From NCBI GenBank assembly GCA_963765765.1, contig CAVXYC010000030.1:96001-160000 (forward strand): a stretch of DNA of 64,000 nt, given 5' to 3'. A model generated the notes under the pieces. It was not told the origin of the DNA, did not search any database, and saw only the letters and a list, made by a program, of their open reading frames with translations. Positions 40,405 through 51,060 of the stretch are shown here, in pieces; the first letter of the stretch is position 1; each line of letters starts with the position of its first letter. Source of the DNA: an uncultured Chloroflexia bacterium. Lineage in GTDB: Bacteria; Chloroflexota; UBA6077; JACCZL01. A program made the translations under genes and the position numbers.

Positions 40405-41547
40405 TTAGTTGATGCCCAGCAGCCGCTGGATGTTGCCGCCGAGGATGTTGTCCTTGTCCTGCTGGGACAGGCCTTCCATCTCTTCCAGGCCGGCGGCGGT
40501 GTTGGGGTAGGTCGAGGGCGGGTGCGGATAGTCGCTGCCCAGAACGAAATTCTCGCTGCCAATCGAGGAGATCGCTGCCGCGAGAGGGCCCTCGTCCGGC
40601 TCGGCGGCCACAAAGCATGAGCGACGAATCAGATCGCTCGGCTTCTCGGTGCAGCGCGCGCACTGCGGCTCCACGCCGTAGACGCGGTCGAGTGTGTACA
40701 TCGCCCACGGTAGCCATGAGCCGCCGGCCTCGAAGAAGACGAACTTGAGGTTCGGGAACTCTTCCAAGGACGCCACCGAGGTCAGGCTGGCCATGCCAAC
40801 CATGTACTCAAAGGCGAATCCCAGATAGTTGCTGATGTGCAAACGGCGCATCCGCTCCCAGCCCAACGTGTAGGTGGAGGGCAGATGGTCGCGCACCGAG
40901 CAGTTGAACGGGTTGTGATGCACGTAGAGCACGGCGCCAAGGTCGTGCACCGTTTTCCAGAAGGGGTACAGCTCGATCTCGTCGTAGTTGCGACCCTGCC
41001 AGTTGCCGTTGATGCAGATGATCTTAAGGCCCAGCTCCTGGACAGCGTAGCGAGCCTCATCACAGGACTCCTCGACATCGCGGAAGGGAACGACCGCTGT
41101 GCCTATGAACTGCTCAGGGAACTCTTTCTGCGCCTTGGATGTGGCCACGTTGAACGCGCGGCAGAGTGCGTGGGTCATGCCCGGCTCCGCCTGTCGGGCC
41201 AGCGGCGATCCGAATGGGTTGGCGTAGATTCCGTCCGGAATCAGCACCTGCATATCGAAGCCGGTCTCGGGGAGCAGCTTGGCACGATCAGCCACAACGC
41301 CGTGCCCGACGGGGCCACCACGAGCCGCGGCAGGAGCGCTACCGGCCAGTCGCTGCCCGGCCGCGGTGGCTCGGAAGCCAGCGTTGCGCGCATTTGGATT
41401 GGTAAATACTGATACATCGCGCTCAACCATCTGCAGCGCTTCTGGACTGAGATACGGGAGCGCGGTGCCGAGATCGATGAAATCGGCTGGCGGAAAGAAA
41501 TGACTATCCGCGTCGATCTTACGCAGCTTGGGTACTGCCTGAACCAT
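40405..41547 (-). CDS. Amidohydrolase-2 family protein (decarboxylase/hydratase-like)
   Basis: IDADSH, LYVHH, FFEAGGSW, GSDYPH. Confidence 0.88.
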   Translation of the reverse strand: MVQAVPKLRKIDADSHFFPPADFIDLGTALPYLSPEALQMVERDVSVFTNPNARNAGFRATAAGQRLAGSAPAAARGGPVGHGVVADRAKLLPETGFDMQVLIPDGIYANPFGSPLARQAEPGMTHALCRAFNVATSKAQKEFPEQFIGTAVVPFRDVEESCDEARYAVQELGLKIICINGNWQGRNYDEIELYPFWKTVHDLGAVLYVHHNPFNCSVRDHLPSTYTLGWERMRRLHISNYLGFAFEYMVGMASLTSVASLEEFPNLKFVFFEAGGSWLPWAMYTLDRVYGVEPQCARCTEKPSDLIRRSCFVAAEPDEGPLAAAISSIGSENFVLGSDYPHPPSTYPNTAAGLEEMEGLSQQDKDNILGGNIQRLLGIN

Positions 41548-41654
41548 TCAGAGGCCTCCTTCTACGTTGAACAGAGCAAACACATGACCGCGGTGCCATG
41601 ACACCAGTGTCGATGCAGTGATCATACCGGCATGCGGTCGAGACTCGAAAACTG

Positions 41655-41692
41655 GACGGGTGGGACAAGGATCTCTTCCTGTCCCACCCGTC
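41655..41692 (-). terminator. Terminator hairpin after the thiol dioxygenase gene
   Basis: GACGGGTGGGACA / TGTCCCACCCGTC stem followed on the minus strand by CAGTTTT. Confidence 0.75.
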
Positions 41693-41695
41693 TGA

Positions 41696-42334
41696 TTACT
41701 CGGTCTTGTCGCAGTCGATATTGACGTAACCCGATCGGAACGGCTCGACCTTGTTCTCATCTGGATAGAACCGATGGCGCCAGATGCAGCCCTGGTCATT
41801 TCCCAGAAGATGGAGGGAGACGGATGTGACGTCTGACGTGGTCGTGACGTTGTGGATATCGTTCTCTGGCATGAGCTCGTAGAAATCGCCAGGCGTCAGG
41901 GAGTTCCGCTCGGTGATCACGAGATTGGCAACGTCATCGTGGCTGCCATCGTCTCGGCGTTGAAAAACCACTTCATCCTGCAGGCCACGGTAGAGTCCAA
42001 CGAGACCCCAGGCAAGGTGGTCGTGCACCGGGGTGGACTTGCCAGGATGTAGCACCAGGGACGAAAACGCGAGCCCCCCGTCGCCAGCCCGGTAGAGTAG
42101 CCACATTCCCGTGCCAGCGCCCATGCCACTATCCGCACTCGGCTCCTGATACATCTCAGGAAGCCAATCTTGATCCGCCATCAGCTCCGCGAAGTATGGT
42201 CGGATCGCATCTACGGTGGCGTGCGGGTCCATCCCCTGGAACCGAATCTCGTTCACTGCGTCGATAAATCGGCGGACGGTCGAGTTGTCGAGGATAAATT
42301 GATCCTCGTGACTCTTGGTATGGATCGTTACCAT
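41696..42334 (-). CDS. Cysteine dioxygenase family (thiol dioxygenase) cupin
   Basis: TPVHDHLAWGLVG, DIHNV, SVSLHLLG: 3-His iron site. Confidence 0.88.
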   Translation of the reverse strand: MVTIHTKSHEDQFILDNSTVRRFIDAVNEIRFQGMDPHATVDAIRPYFAELMADQDWLPEMYQEPSADSGMGAGTGMWLLYRAGDGGLAFSSLVLHPGKSTPVHDHLAWGLVGLYRGLQDEVVFQRRDDGSHDDVANLVITERNSLTPGDFYELMPENDIHNVTTTSDVTSVSLHLLGNDQGCIWRHRFYPDENKVEPFRSGYVNIDCDKTE

Positions 42335-42650
42335 GGGCAGCCTCTCATCAAGGGTTGCGCAGGTCATGACTTGAACAATTCTCGGGGCAATCGAGCTCAC
42401 CAGTCACAGCTCGCGTCGCGGATGTGCCTATAACACTGAGGGCTTCTGGCTCTAGTTCACTATACTGAATGACACGAGCCGTTCTCCCGAGTGCGCTCAA
42501 GGCTTGTGTCATCAACTCCCAACCGCCCGGTCGTTGCACATCCGCGGCTCTCGGCTTTCGCGGAAACCGGTGTCGTGATTCTGACTCGCTAGACTGAGAA
42601 CCTGATTATTACCGTCCAACGCTGTTCAAGAGCTTCCTGGAGCGGCGTGC

Positions 42651-43410
42651 GTGGAGATAACACTCGATGAGCTGCTCCAGGCACTAGTCAACCCCGGCGC
42701 GCCACTCCCGGCTGCATGGCCGCAGGGTGCCCTGGGCGCATTCCTTCTGTTCATGTTCCCGATCGGTGGCGGAATTCCCTTCGGCGTCATCATGGCGCGC
42801 GATGCCGGAGTTTCACCCCTCGTGACGTTTGCGCTCTATGCCGTCTCGGACGTGCTCGGCGCCATTATGACCGAGCCGTACGTGATGTTCTTCCGTTGGC
42901 TCGGCCGCAAGGTGAGCTGGATAGGACGCATCGGCGAGCGCATTACGCGAGCAACTGGCGCCGCGGGATTCTCCGAGCCGGGTAAGCGTGGACCGTTGGG
43001 CATCGCATTGGTGAGCTTCACCGTTTCAATGACGACCGGTCGGGCGGCCGCTGTCGCGGCCGGACACGGACCAGTCACGGGCTGGGCGCTCGCGATTCTG
43101 GGTGATCTGGGCTACTTCCTCGTGCTCATGGCCTCAACGCTCTGGCTCAGCTCCGTGCTGGGTGACGAGCGGATCACCGTCGGTGTCGTGCTCGTTGGCA
43201 TGTGGGTGGTTCCCATGCTCATTCGGAAATGGCGTGAGCGGAATGCTGCCGAAGCCGCGCCGCGTGCGGACGCCTGTGACCACGACGGTAAGCGCGGTCG
43301 AAGTGACTGAGGAAGATGGGCCTGTCGCCGTGAGGGTGGCCCCACCAAAGCGTCGCGGTTCACGCGCTGCCCGAAAGCGAGCCAAGCTTGCCGAGGGAAC
43401 GGCTCGGTAG
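42651..43410 (+). CDS. Hypothetical membrane protein, indel near 43265
   Basis: PIGGGIPFGVIMA, TGWALAILGD; several TMs; basic tail in a second frame. Confidence 0.7.
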
Positions 43411-45015
43411 TAATCGGCGGCGGGTCAGCTCGGGCGGCGCCTCAAGGCACTCACCGGGCACTTCGTTCAGTACCCTCGGAATTTGCGGCAGAAGATCTGA
43501 TGCCAGCAGTGTCCGCCAGCGGTTCCGTCTGACTACTCGCTCCGCGGCCCGTGCATGCGCCCATACGGCCAGTTTGGCCGCCTCAGCGGGTGCCATGCCT
43601 TGAGCCAGCAACCCTCCCGTCAGACCGGCCAGCACGTCGCCTGTGCCTGCCGTAGCCAGCGCGGGATTCGCCCAGGGGTAAACCCAGGTATCGCCTTCAG
43701 GACCGGCAATGGCGCTGAACGGGCCCTTCAGTATGAGGACCTGCTTCCAATCGGCCGCCTGTTCTCGAGCGATCTCCCAGGGCAAGGTCCCAACGGTGCG
43801 GGACCGCACGCCCATAAGTCGGCCCATCTCACCATGGTGCGGCGTGAGCACGAGACCCGAGCCGACCTGTGATTGCCAGCCGTCCCAGTCGCCGAGCATG
43901 GTGAGCGCGTCCCCATCCACGACCGTTGGCGGCGGATTGGGCATCTGTGAACGGTACTCAAAAAACAAATGAAGGAATCGCGCAGCCCCTTCAGAGCGCC
44001 CGAGGCCCGGACCGATAACCACTGCGTTCACGTCATTCAGAGCGGAACGAACCGCCCTGAGAGCTTCATCGGCATCCCGCTCGGGCTCCACCGGTTGTTC
44101 AGTGTACGTGGCCTCTGGAAGCTGGATGGAGGCGACGCGCTGCACGGAATCGGGTGTGCCGAGAATCACCAACCCAGCACCCGAGCGGGCGGCCGCTGCC
44201 GCTGCCAGGAAGGGGGCACCGATGTAGCGCGCCGAGCCGCCGATAATCATTACACGGCCATGGTCGTACTTGTGCGAGCCAGCGCTTCGACGCGGCGGAC
44301 GAGGCCGCTCACTATTGGAAAGGATTCGGTAGGGGATGCTTTCCCGCGTGGAAGTCTCTAAACCGATACTGCGAATGACGAGCCGTCCCACAAGGTCGGC
44401 GGCCGGGAAGCTCAAGAGGCCTGTCTTCACGGCTCCGAGAGTCACGGTTACTTCGGCGCGCACCGCCGCGCCGGCAACCTCGCCACTGTCAGCGTCAATA
44501 CCGCTCGGGACATCAACCGCGACGACGAGCGGATGAGTCGCTCGTGCGCTAATGGCGTTCAGCGCGTCCGCCACGCCGGAGAGTGGGGCTCGCATGGCTC
44601 CACGCGCACCCACACCGAGCAGTCCGTCCAGAACGACGTCCGCGGCTTCAAGGGCACTCGAGAACTCCGACGTTTCGCCCTCTGCCGCGATGAGTGTGTA
44701 GGCGATCTGACGTTCTACCAGCGTCTGAAGCTCGTTGTTTGTCACACTGTGGCCCGGAGTGAGCCAGAGGTGAGTGCGCCAGCCGCGCCGTGCCAAATCG
44801 CTGGCGGCGACCACCGCGTCGCGGCCGTTGTTGCCTTTGCCCACCAGGGCTTCCACAGTCCCCGGTCGTCGGCGCATGCTTGCAACGACCTCCGCGATCC
44901 CTAAGCCGGCGCGCTCCTGCAGCTCGTGCTCGCTGACTCCCGCGGCCATGGCGGCGGCCTCCAGCGCACGCATCTCGGCCACCGACACAAGGCGAAATGA
45001 CTCGGGCATGGTCAT
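43360..45015 (-). CDS. nnr: Bifunctional NAD(P)HX epimerase/dehydratase (YjeF)
   Basis: GKGNNGRD, DGLLGVG, AVDVPSG, SHKYDHG, IGPGLG, VLTPHHGEM, LATAGTGDVLAG. Confidence 0.95.
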   Translation of the reverse strand: MTMPESFRLVSVAEMRALEAAAMAAGVSEHELQERAGLGIAEVVASMRRRPGTVEALVGKGNNGRDAVVAASDLARRGWRTHLWLTPGHSVTNNELQTLVERQIAYTLIAAEGETSEFSSALEAADVVLDGLLGVGARGAMRAPLSGVADALNAISARATHPLVVAVDVPSGIDADSGEVAGAAVRAEVTVTLGAVKTGLLSFPAADLVGRLVIRSIGLETSTRESIPYRILSNSERPRPPRRSAGSHKYDHGRVMIIGGSARYIGAPFLAAAAAARSGAGLVILGTPDSVQRVASIQLPEATYTEQPVEPERDADEALRAVRSALNDVNAVVIGPGLGRSEGAARFLHLFFEYRSQMPNPPPTVVDGDALTMLGDWDGWQSQVGSGLVLTPHHGEMGRLMGVRSRTVGTLPWEIAREQAADWKQVLILKGPFSAIAGPEGDTWVYPWANPALATAGTGDVLAGLTGGLLAQGMAPAEAAKLAVWAHARAAERVVRRNRWRTLLASDLLPQIPRVLNEVPGECLEAPPELTRRRLLPSRSLGKLGSLSGSA

Positions 45016-45908
45016 AGAGTCTCGGGGTCGCGAATCGCGCCACGTAGCACCGTGACGCACTCGCCACCTACCCTGACGGCGGTCACGGTCTCGCCATCAC
45101 GATCGACCTCAACATGGACTTCGCCCGGGCGGCCGAGCACGTGCCCTTGTTCGATCATGAATTCCGTGCGCTCTATAAGACGATTGTGCATCAAGAACGC
45201 CGCCATGCCGCCGCTCGCGCTACCGGTCACCGGATCTTCATCAATGCCAATCGCCGGCGCAAAGTGACGGGCTTGCGCGTGTCCGCGCGCAGTCACACCT
45301 CCTAGTGTGAAGACGTGCAGTCCGGCGTATTGATCCTCACGGGCGAGGTCCGCGAGTCGCGACATGTCCGGGCGAAGCGCCTGGAGATCCGCCGGGGAGC
45401 GCAGGAGGAGCATGAGCTGGGGCGTGCCGGTGCTGACAACGGTGGGCCTAACGCGCGGATCGAACGCATTCTGGTGCAGGCGGAGAGCCTGGGCCAGAGG
45501 CCGCGGATCCACTCGGTGGAGAAACTCCGGTGGCTTCTGCGTCATGAAAATTTCTGGACCCGGCCGGATCTCGACGGGGAGCACGCCCACATTGAGCTCC
45601 TGGGAGACCATTGTCGATCCGGTGTCCAGATGCACGCGACCCAACTCCACTAGCGCGTGCCATGCGGCCAGGGTGGGATGGCCGGCCAGGGGCAACTCGG
45701 TACGTGGAGTGAAGAAACGCAAGCGCGCGGTGGCCCGTGTCGAGACTGTGATGAACACCGTCTCGGAAAGATTCATGTCGCGCGCGATGGTCTGCATTTG
45801 AGAGCCCGACAGGCCGGCCGCGTCGGGCACCACCGCGGCCGCGTTGCCCGCGTAGGGCCGGTTCGTGAACGCGTCAACGATCAGGATGTCGCGCCAGACT
45901 TCCGACAT
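45012..45908 (-). CDS. PhzF family isomerase
   Basis: VDAFT..GNAAAV, NLSETVF, ELPLAGHPTL, EDPVTGSA, EQG..LGRP. Confidence 0.93.
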   Translation of the reverse strand: MSEVWRDILIVDAFTNRPYAGNAAAVVPDAAGLSGSQMQTIARDMNLSETVFITVSTRATARLRFFTPRTELPLAGHPTLAAWHALVELGRVHLDTGSTMVSQELNVGVLPVEIRPGPEIFMTQKPPEFLHRVDPRPLAQALRLHQNAFDPRVRPTVVSTGTPQLMLLLRSPADLQALRPDMSRLADLAREDQYAGLHVFTLGGVTARGHAQARHFAPAIGIDEDPVTGSASGGMAAFLMHNRLIERTEFMIEQGHVLGRPGEVHVEVDRDGETVTAVRVGGECVTVLRGAIRDPETL

Positions 45909-46026
45909 CGATTCGGCCTCCCGGGCCGAGTATAGCCGGCGCCGTCGGACGGTCGATAGGCTCGGGGCGGCGAGTTAAGCGGCGTGAACGCTCGCCGCTC
46001 ATCATCGTCTGCCGTACGATGGCCCC

Positions 46027-46224
46027 ATGGATGCTCGCTCATTCGTCGTCTTTACGTGGACGACAATCTCGCTCATCGCAGCCGTTGCCGTTCTGGTTGG
46101 CACTGAGAATTTGGTTTATGGCGCGCTCATCGCTCTTTTTGACGTTATTCTTGGATTTGTGCTGTTCTGGTTCGTCGGTCGGCTTGGTATCCGCCCGCAT
46201 GAGGAGACGGAAGACGATCTCTGA
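46027..46224 (+). CDS. Small two-TM membrane protein
   Basis: Two hydrophobic segments and an acidic tail; fills the intergenic gap. Confidence 0.6.
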   Translation: MDARSFVVFTWTTISLIAAVAVLVGTENLVYGALIALFDVILGFVLFWFVGRLGIRPHEETEDDL

Positions 46225-46236
46225 CGCGGTCGATCG

Positions 46237-48513
46237 CTAGGGGATGTTCAAGGAATAGATCCAGAGAACCGGATTGCGGCCGTTTTCTCGTATCTCCTTG
46301 AGGTCGCCGCCGGGAAACCACTGGCGCGCAAGCTCTAGCTCGCGCATACGTTCAGGAAGGGCTGCGAAGACCGTTGGCCCGAGGACTGTCGGCCGCGGGG
46401 TCCTCTCGGTTAGCGGTTCGGCGACATCAACTCCGCGGGCGCCACGAGCAATGAAAGCCAGGCTCTGAAAGCCACCGTATGACATGCGGGGAAGACCCAG
46501 GAAGTACACGGTGGTTTCTCGTGGGAGGGGCCGCAGTGCATTGCCGAGCTCCGTAGCCACGAGCGAGTTGTTGTCCCCGTAGAGCCGCGTATCTCGAGGC
46601 CCGAAATAATGATAGAGATTCCAGCCCATAAGCCCTGCCACACACAGACCGACGCTCGAGAGCACGAACCGCGGCGATGCTTTGGCGAGGTTTTGAGCAA
46701 TCCGTCCTGTGGTGCTGATGGCAACGGCGCACATGATCGCCATCAATCCGCTCACCACCACGTATCGCTGTGTTTGTGTCGGGTCCTCGGTAAGCCCCAG
46801 GCCGAATGTGCCCGCCCAGTACGCGAGCGCCAGGCCCAGATAAGGCCCGCGCCAAAAACTGAGGGTCGTCAGCGTCAGTCCGAGCGCTAGAAACACCGCC
46901 ATCGGCACACCAACGAACGGTCGCTGATTGATGTACCAGCCACCAGGCTCCGTATAAAACGGCAGCAGAAATGCACGCCATATCTGGTTGAGCGTCAGAT
47001 CGATGGCACCGCGGCCCGTCATCTGCATCTCGCGCTCCAGCCAGCCGGAGCTAAACATCGAGACATCATCCGTTCGGAAGCTGAACTGATCTGGATTGTC
47101 TGCAAAATGCGCTGCCAGCGGGGCGTAGGTCAAGACCGCGCCCATGATGATCCACAACACTAGCGTGGCCGGGATGGCTCGCGGCCCAGCGCTCCGTGCA
47201 TCCCCCTGGGCCCATCGCGCGGTGGCGAAGGCCGCGGCAACGTACGCGACGGCGACGAACGGAATAAACCGTCCAGCAAAGGAAAAATACTGGCTGAGTC
47301 CTATTGCGATACCGGCGAGTAGCGCATCGAGCGGCCGACGTTTATCGATTGTTCGCTCCAGCGCGTAGAGGACCGCGACGATTGCGAGCGAATCTGCGAT
47401 CTGATTAGACGAGAGTCGGCTGAAGTGAACGTGAAAGTGGAAGGTGGCCAGCAGCAACGCGGCGATGACCGCGGTCACTGTCCCAAAGAGCCGGCGCGTC
47501 AACAGGAACGTCACCCAGACGGCCGCGACTCCCATGAGAACGGCGATCATGCGGGCCCCCGAGACCGAGTCCCCAACGATCCAGAGGGCTCCTGCCTGAA
47601 GGAAGAAGAATAGGTTTGGCACCGAGTACCAGCCGGTGCCAAACGGATTCTTTGTCAAGCCGTTCAGCACTGCCACAGCAGACATGGCTTGGGATCCTTC
47701 ATCTCCACCGAACACATACGGAATGTGGTCCAGATCGATGACACGCACAAGGAAGGCGAGCACGAGAATGACTCCCAGTATCACCGTGGGCCAGCTCACG
47801 CCGGTGGCCTTGACCGGCGCCTTGTCGCTCCCTCTCGATAGCGAGTGCACGACCATCGCGGCGGCGATCGCCGCCGCGATCGATACGAGCCAGGCCACCA
47901 CTGTGGGAAGGAAGCTCGCGTCCTGAGGATGTCCGCGCATGCTCGCCCATACCATCAAACCGAGCACCACGGCCGTGGCTACGAGCAACATCTGGACCTT
48001 TCGCCGACCTCGAAGCGCGCGCAAGTTCGGCGTTCCCATGCTCTCAGGCGAGACACGAGAAGCGACTTGAGGCTCAGTCTCGATCAAACGATTCTGGGCC
48101 TGGCGAGCCGCTTCATTTAGTGCTGCGAACAGCAACAGCCCCACGGCATACGCAGTGACGGCGAAAGGATTCAATGTAGGGCCAAGAATTCCGCGTTGGC
48201 CGAATAACACGAGGACGATAGCGAACACGAGCAAGACCGCGGCAGTCGCCGGAGAAAGACACGTTGTCGCCTCAAGCCGCCGATACCACCCATCTGAGAG
48301 TGGGGCAGTTACGGCAACATGGTCGCTCTGCGCAAAGGTCTGATTGGGGTTTTCTGTTGTTGGGCGCGCAGGCTTGGGCGCCGTGGGCAGACCGTTCCCT
48401 GATCGGCGTTGTGAATTCCTGTCGCCGCGCAGCGTGCGCCGCAAGAGGTTCTCGATTGGCCGACGAGCAAGTACTCCCAGGACTAATGCCACAATTGGTA
48501 ACAGCCGATTCAC
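46237..48513 (-). CDS. GT-C membrane glycosyltransferase (ArnT/PMT-like)
   Basis: FLVRVIDLDHIP..GGDEG, GARM, HVHFSRL; many TMs. Confidence 0.88.
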   Translation of the reverse strand: MNRLLPIVALVLGVLARRPIENLLRRTLRGDRNSQRRSGNGLPTAPKPARPTTENPNQTFAQSDHVAVTAPLSDGWYRRLEATTCLSPATAAVLLVFAIVLVLFGQRGILGPTLNPFAVTAYAVGLLLFAALNEAARQAQNRLIETEPQVASRVSPESMGTPNLRALRGRRKVQMLLVATAVVLGLMVWASMRGHPQDASFLPTVVAWLVSIAAAIAAAMVVHSLSRGSDKAPVKATGVSWPTVILGVILVLAFLVRVIDLDHIPYVFGGDEGSQAMSAVAVLNGLTKNPFGTGWYSVPNLFFFLQAGALWIVGDSVSGARMIAVLMGVAAVWVTFLLTRRLFGTVTAVIAALLLATFHFHVHFSRLSSNQIADSLAIVAVLYALERTIDKRRPLDALLAGIAIGLSQYFSFAGRFIPFVAVAYVAAAFATARWAQGDARSAGPRAIPATLVLWIIMGAVLTYAPLAAHFADNPDQFSFRTDDVSMFSSGWLEREMQMTGRGAIDLTLNQIWRAFLLPFYTEPGGWYINQRPFVGVPMAVFLALGLTLTTLSFWRGPYLGLALAYWAGTFGLGLTEDPTQTQRYVVVSGLMAIMCAVAISTTGRIAQNLAKASPRFVLSSVGLCVAGLMGWNLYHYFGPRDTRLYGDNNSLVATELGNALRPLPRETTVYFLGLPRMSYGGFQSLAFIARGARGVDVAEPLTERTPRPTVLGPTVFAALPERMRELELARQWFPGGDLKEIRENGRNPVLWIYSLNIP

Positions 48514-48740
48514 CAGAGCGCACCGCCAGGAAAGGAATTAGAAAGGATGAGAGTCACGGAATTGGCTTCGCCCGCTGTGTGGACTGAGCGAGTGTATCGG
48601 CGCGAAAGCGATGCGTTATGGCCAACACGACCTGGAATGCGCTGCACACCGGCGCTCCGCGCAAGGCTCGGTATGACCATCACTCGTTAGTACAATTACT
48701 TTGGACATACAGAAGGCCGAGAGACAACGTGGAGGCCCAC

Positions 48741-48851
48741 ATGCTGATGTTGAATGTGTACGAGATCGATACCGACGACGAGACGCCGGGACCAACGGGT
48801 CCGGACGTTGAGACTGATCCTGAGCCAATGCCGGAACCGCCCTTGGCCTAG
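48741..48851 (+). CDS. 36-aa acidic, Pro-rich peptide
   Basis: GGAGG 5 nt before the ATG; MLMLNVYEIDTDDETPGPTGPDVETDPEPMPEPPLA*. Confidence 0.5.
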   Translation: MLMLNVYEIDTDDETPGPTGPDVETDPEPMPEPPLA

Positions 48852-48885
48852 ATCGCACGACTCCTGATGCATGCGGAAGGCGCGC

Positions 48886-49530
48886 ATGATGTCGTGGAAC
48901 TGCCGTTCGCGAACCGAGCAGCGGCGGGTCAAGCGCTGGCGCAGGCTGTCCAGAGATCGACTGCCCGGCGTCGAGCTGATTCTCGGATTGCCTCGCGGCG
49001 GTGTCGCGGTTGGCGCTGAGATCGCCTCCGCTCTGCATGTGCCTCTTGATGTCTTCCTTGTCCGAAAAGTTGGCGCCCCCGATCAACCAGAGCTCGCAAT
49101 GGGAGCCCTGGCGGAGACTGGCCATATCGAGCTGAACCATTCAGTCCTGGATAGGTTGCAAGTCGCCGACGATGTCTTGAAAGCAACTATCGAGACCGAG
49201 CGCCGTGAGATCGACCGGCGACTCGCGCGTTACCGCCAGGGGCGCGCTGCGCCCAATGTGCAGGGACGCCGAGTGGTCGTCGTCGATGACGGCGTAGCCA
49301 CCGGTGCAACTACGCTTGTGGCGTTGAGGGCACTGCGAGCTCAGAGGCCGGCGCATCTTGCTCTGGCAGTGCCGGTCTGCCCGCGCTCTGCCCTTCACCG
49401 GTTGGAGAGCGAGTCCGACCAGGTGGTGGTCCTGGTCACGCCCCAGCCCTTCGGCGCGGTAGGCTCCTGGTATGGCGACTTTCACCAGATGACGGACGGC
49501 GAGGTCACCGTCCTACTCGGGCAGTGGTAA
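48886..49530 (+). CDS. Phosphoribosyltransferase family protein (N-terminal indels)
   Basis: LGLPRGGV, VRKVGAP..ELAMGA, VVVVDDGVATGAT, AVGSWYGDFHQMTD. Confidence 0.9.
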   Translation: MMSWNCRSRTEQRRVKRWRRLSRDRLPGVELILGLPRGGVAVGAEIASALHVPLDVFLVRKVGAPDQPELAMGALAETGHIELNHSVLDRLQVADDVLKATIETERREIDRRLARYRQGRAAPNVQGRRVVVVDDGVATGATTLVALRALRAQRPAHLALAVPVCPRSALHRLESESDQVVVLVTPQPFGAVGSWYGDFHQMTDGEVTVLLGQW

Positions 49531-49760
49531 GCCCTGGAATTAGGATATTCACATCGTCTAATCCGGCCCCTTGGACGGGCAATGGGAGATTCGTCTCCGT
49601 GATGCGCGTGCTTTGCCGAGAGCCTGAAACGGCCCGTATACTTTAGCGAGCCCCTCGCGGTTGGTAAAGCCACTTGCGCGAGCGCGAGGCTCGCGTATCG
49701 CCGAGCCGATTTGGCTTGGTGGCCTGGCAACGATGCTAGGCGTCCGGTGTTTCTTTCACA

Positions 49761-50114
49761 GTGACTGATTACTCGTCGCTCCTGGTTTACCTTGCACTGG
49801 TGGTCTTGTTGGCCGGCTTCATATTGCTGGTTATCGGCCGCCTATCTCCGTCGCGCCCATCGGAGGCTAAATCACGGCCGTACGAATGTGGTGTCTCAGA
49901 ACCTCAGCCTACGGCGGCCCGTTGGCCGATTCATTTTGCGCTCGTAGCCATGCTCTTCTTGATTTTTGATGTTGAAGCGTTGTTCTTCTATCCCTGGGCG
50001 GTCATCCTGCGGGAGCTCCGCTGGAATGGAATTCTGGCATTCTCGGGGTTCTTCGCCGTTCTCGGCGTGGGCTATATCTACGCTCGATCTCGGGGCGCGC
50101 TGAAATGGCGCTGA
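49761..50114 (+). CDS. nuoA: NADH-quinone oxidoreductase subunit A
   Basis: [20 protein letters not shown]. Confidence 0.95.
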   Translation: MTDYSSLLVYLALVVLLAGFILLVIGRLSPSRPSEAKSRPYECGVSEPQPTAARWPIHFALVAMLFLIFDVEALFFYPWAVILRELRWNGILAFSGFFAVLGVGYIYARSRGALKWR

Positions 50115-50599
50115 ATATGGCAGCGTCGGATGGGCCGGGCCATGAGAAAGACGGAGCGCATGGATTCCTGCTCTCAAAGCTCGAGAGCTGGAGCCGTGAG
50201 AAGTCGCTCTGGCCGGTCACATTTGGACTGGCGTGCTGCGCTATCGAGATGATCTCCACATCCGCGGCGCGCTTCGATATCGCTCGCTTTGGATCTGAGC
50301 TTTTTCGACCCAGCCCACGTCAGGCGGACCTCATGATTGTCTCAGGCCGTGTGTCCCAAAAGATGGCGCCTGTACTGCTCGAGATTTACAACCAGATGCC
50401 GGAACCAAAGTGGGTCATCGCCATGGGCGATTGCGCCGCTTGCGGAGGCATCTTTAACAACTACGCGATCATCCAGGGTGTGGATAAGATCGTTCCCGTA
50501 GATGTGTACATCCCAGGCTGCCCGCCGCGTCCGGAGGCCTTACTCGACGGCATCATCAAATTGCAGGAGCGCGTCCACGAAGGTGCGACGCGCGCATGA
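50105..50599 (+). CDS. nuoB: NADH-quinone oxidoreductase subunit B
   Basis: [27 protein letters not shown]. Confidence 0.97.
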   Translation: MALNMAASDGPGHEKDGAHGFLLSKLESWSREKSLWPVTFGLACCAIEMISTSAARFDIARFGSELFRPSPRQADLMIVSGRVSQKMAPVLLEIYNQMPEPKWVIAMGDCAACGGIFNNYAIIQGVDKIVPVDVYIPGCPPRPEALLDGIIKLQERVHEGATRA

Positions 50600-51060
50600 C
50601 CGAGAGGCTGGATCAGGCGCTCGACTCGCTGACGCTCACGGATCTCGAGCATGGCACGTCCGCGGATGGCATTGATTTTCTACGGGTTCCGGTGGATGCC
50701 ATACCGAGGCTGGTCGATGCAGTGATCGGCGCAGGATTTGGTCGATTCATTGATCTGACGGCTGTGGACGAGCCGCGTCGGGCCGATCGCTTTGAGCTCC
50801 AATACCTCCTTCACTCTATGCAGGATCAGCGTTGGCTGCGCCTAAAGGCGCGCACCGCCGAGCACGCGCCATCGATCGTAAGTCAATTTGAAGCGGCCAA
50901 CTGGTACGAGCGCGAAGTCTTCGATCTGTACGGAGTGTGCTTCGATGGACATCCGGGGCTTACTCGAATTCTGATGCCGGACGATTGGGACGGGCATCCG
51001 CTTCGCCGGGACGTGGATCTGGGCGGCGAGCCGGTTCAGTTCTCGGACAACATCTCGTGA
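50596..51060 (+). CDS. nuoC: NADH-quinone oxidoreductase subunit C
   Basis: [31 protein letters not shown]. Confidence 0.95.
   Translation: MTERLDQALDSLTLTDLEHGTSADGIDFLRVPVDAIPRLVDAVIGAGFGRFIDLTAVDEPRRADRFELQYLLHSMQDQRWLRLKARTAEHAPSIVSQFEAANWYEREVFDLYGVCFDGHPGLTRILMPDDWDGHPLRRDVDLGGEPVQFSDNIS

Noticed and set aside
45012-45908. Phenazine biosynthesis cluster
   Set aside because: A lone PhzF-family gene coupled to nnr; no phzA/B/D/E/G
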